A stretch of DNA of 64,000 bases from Escherichia phage HK6, in sequence record PP724615.1; one strand, given 5' to 3'. Within the stretch, counting starts at the first letter, position 1, and every line of letters starts with the position of its first letter. Positions 63,991 to 64,000 of the stretch are shown here, in pieces. The position numbers were made by a program, and so were the translations under genes. The notes beneath the pieces are model-generated. The model was not told the origin of the DNA and made no database searches. It saw only the letters and a program-made list of their open reading frames with translations.

Positions 63991-64000
63991 AATAACGCCT

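Overview
The window reads as one contiguous segment of a T5-like siphovirus (Tequintavirus-type) genome, identified by gene content, gene sizes and order, and promoter architecture. No rRNA, tRNA or CRISPR array was found. (1) Positions ~50-27,720, plus strand: early/replication module with class III RNR NrdD, a Sir2-like protein, a HAD-like phosphatase, a large P-loop replication helicase, a PC4-like and an SSB-like protein, an NAD-dependent DNA ligase split into two genes, DnaB-like helicase, DnaG-like primase, family A DNA polymerase, SF2 helicase, an SbcD/SbcC-like pair, a PD-(D/E)xK resolvase-like nuclease, flap endonuclease and dUTPase. It is punctuated by strong sigma70 promoters (TTGCTT-17-TATAAT plus a downstream ATAAATTTGAGAGAGGAG element); the one at 8927-8955 matches the classic T5 PN25 promoter as I recall it. 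(2) Positions ~27,800-53,760, minus strand: late/structural module with a tail fiber carrying a C-terminal chaperone domain, tail and baseplate proteins, a 1226-aa tape measure, major tail tube, capsid, protease, decoration protein, portal, terminase and receptor-binding protein, followed by a divergent llp-like lipoprotein gene. (3) Positions 54,300-55,610: a tandem array of small single-pass membrane proteins and an HNH-AP2 endonuclease. (4) Positions ~55,780-64,000: a block of markedly higher GC carrying pre-early-type genes on the minus strand (dmp-like HAD nucleotidase, A1-like 556-aa metallophosphoesterase, A2-like protein), stereotyped intergenic hairpin/RBS modules, a 1.2-kb non-coding region with 31-bp direct repeats and DnaA boxes, and a 43-bp inverted-repeat pair (DnaA box plus SOS-box-like palindrome) bracketing a 2.75-kb cassette. 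The most unusual candidates are a self-contained mini-operon for a 54-aa glycine-zipper peptide at 27,811-27,975, that inverted-repeat-bracketed cassette, and the small membrane-protein array; none could be confirmed as a new system from sequence alone. Product names for structural genes rest largely on size and synteny with T5 from memory and need homology confirmation.
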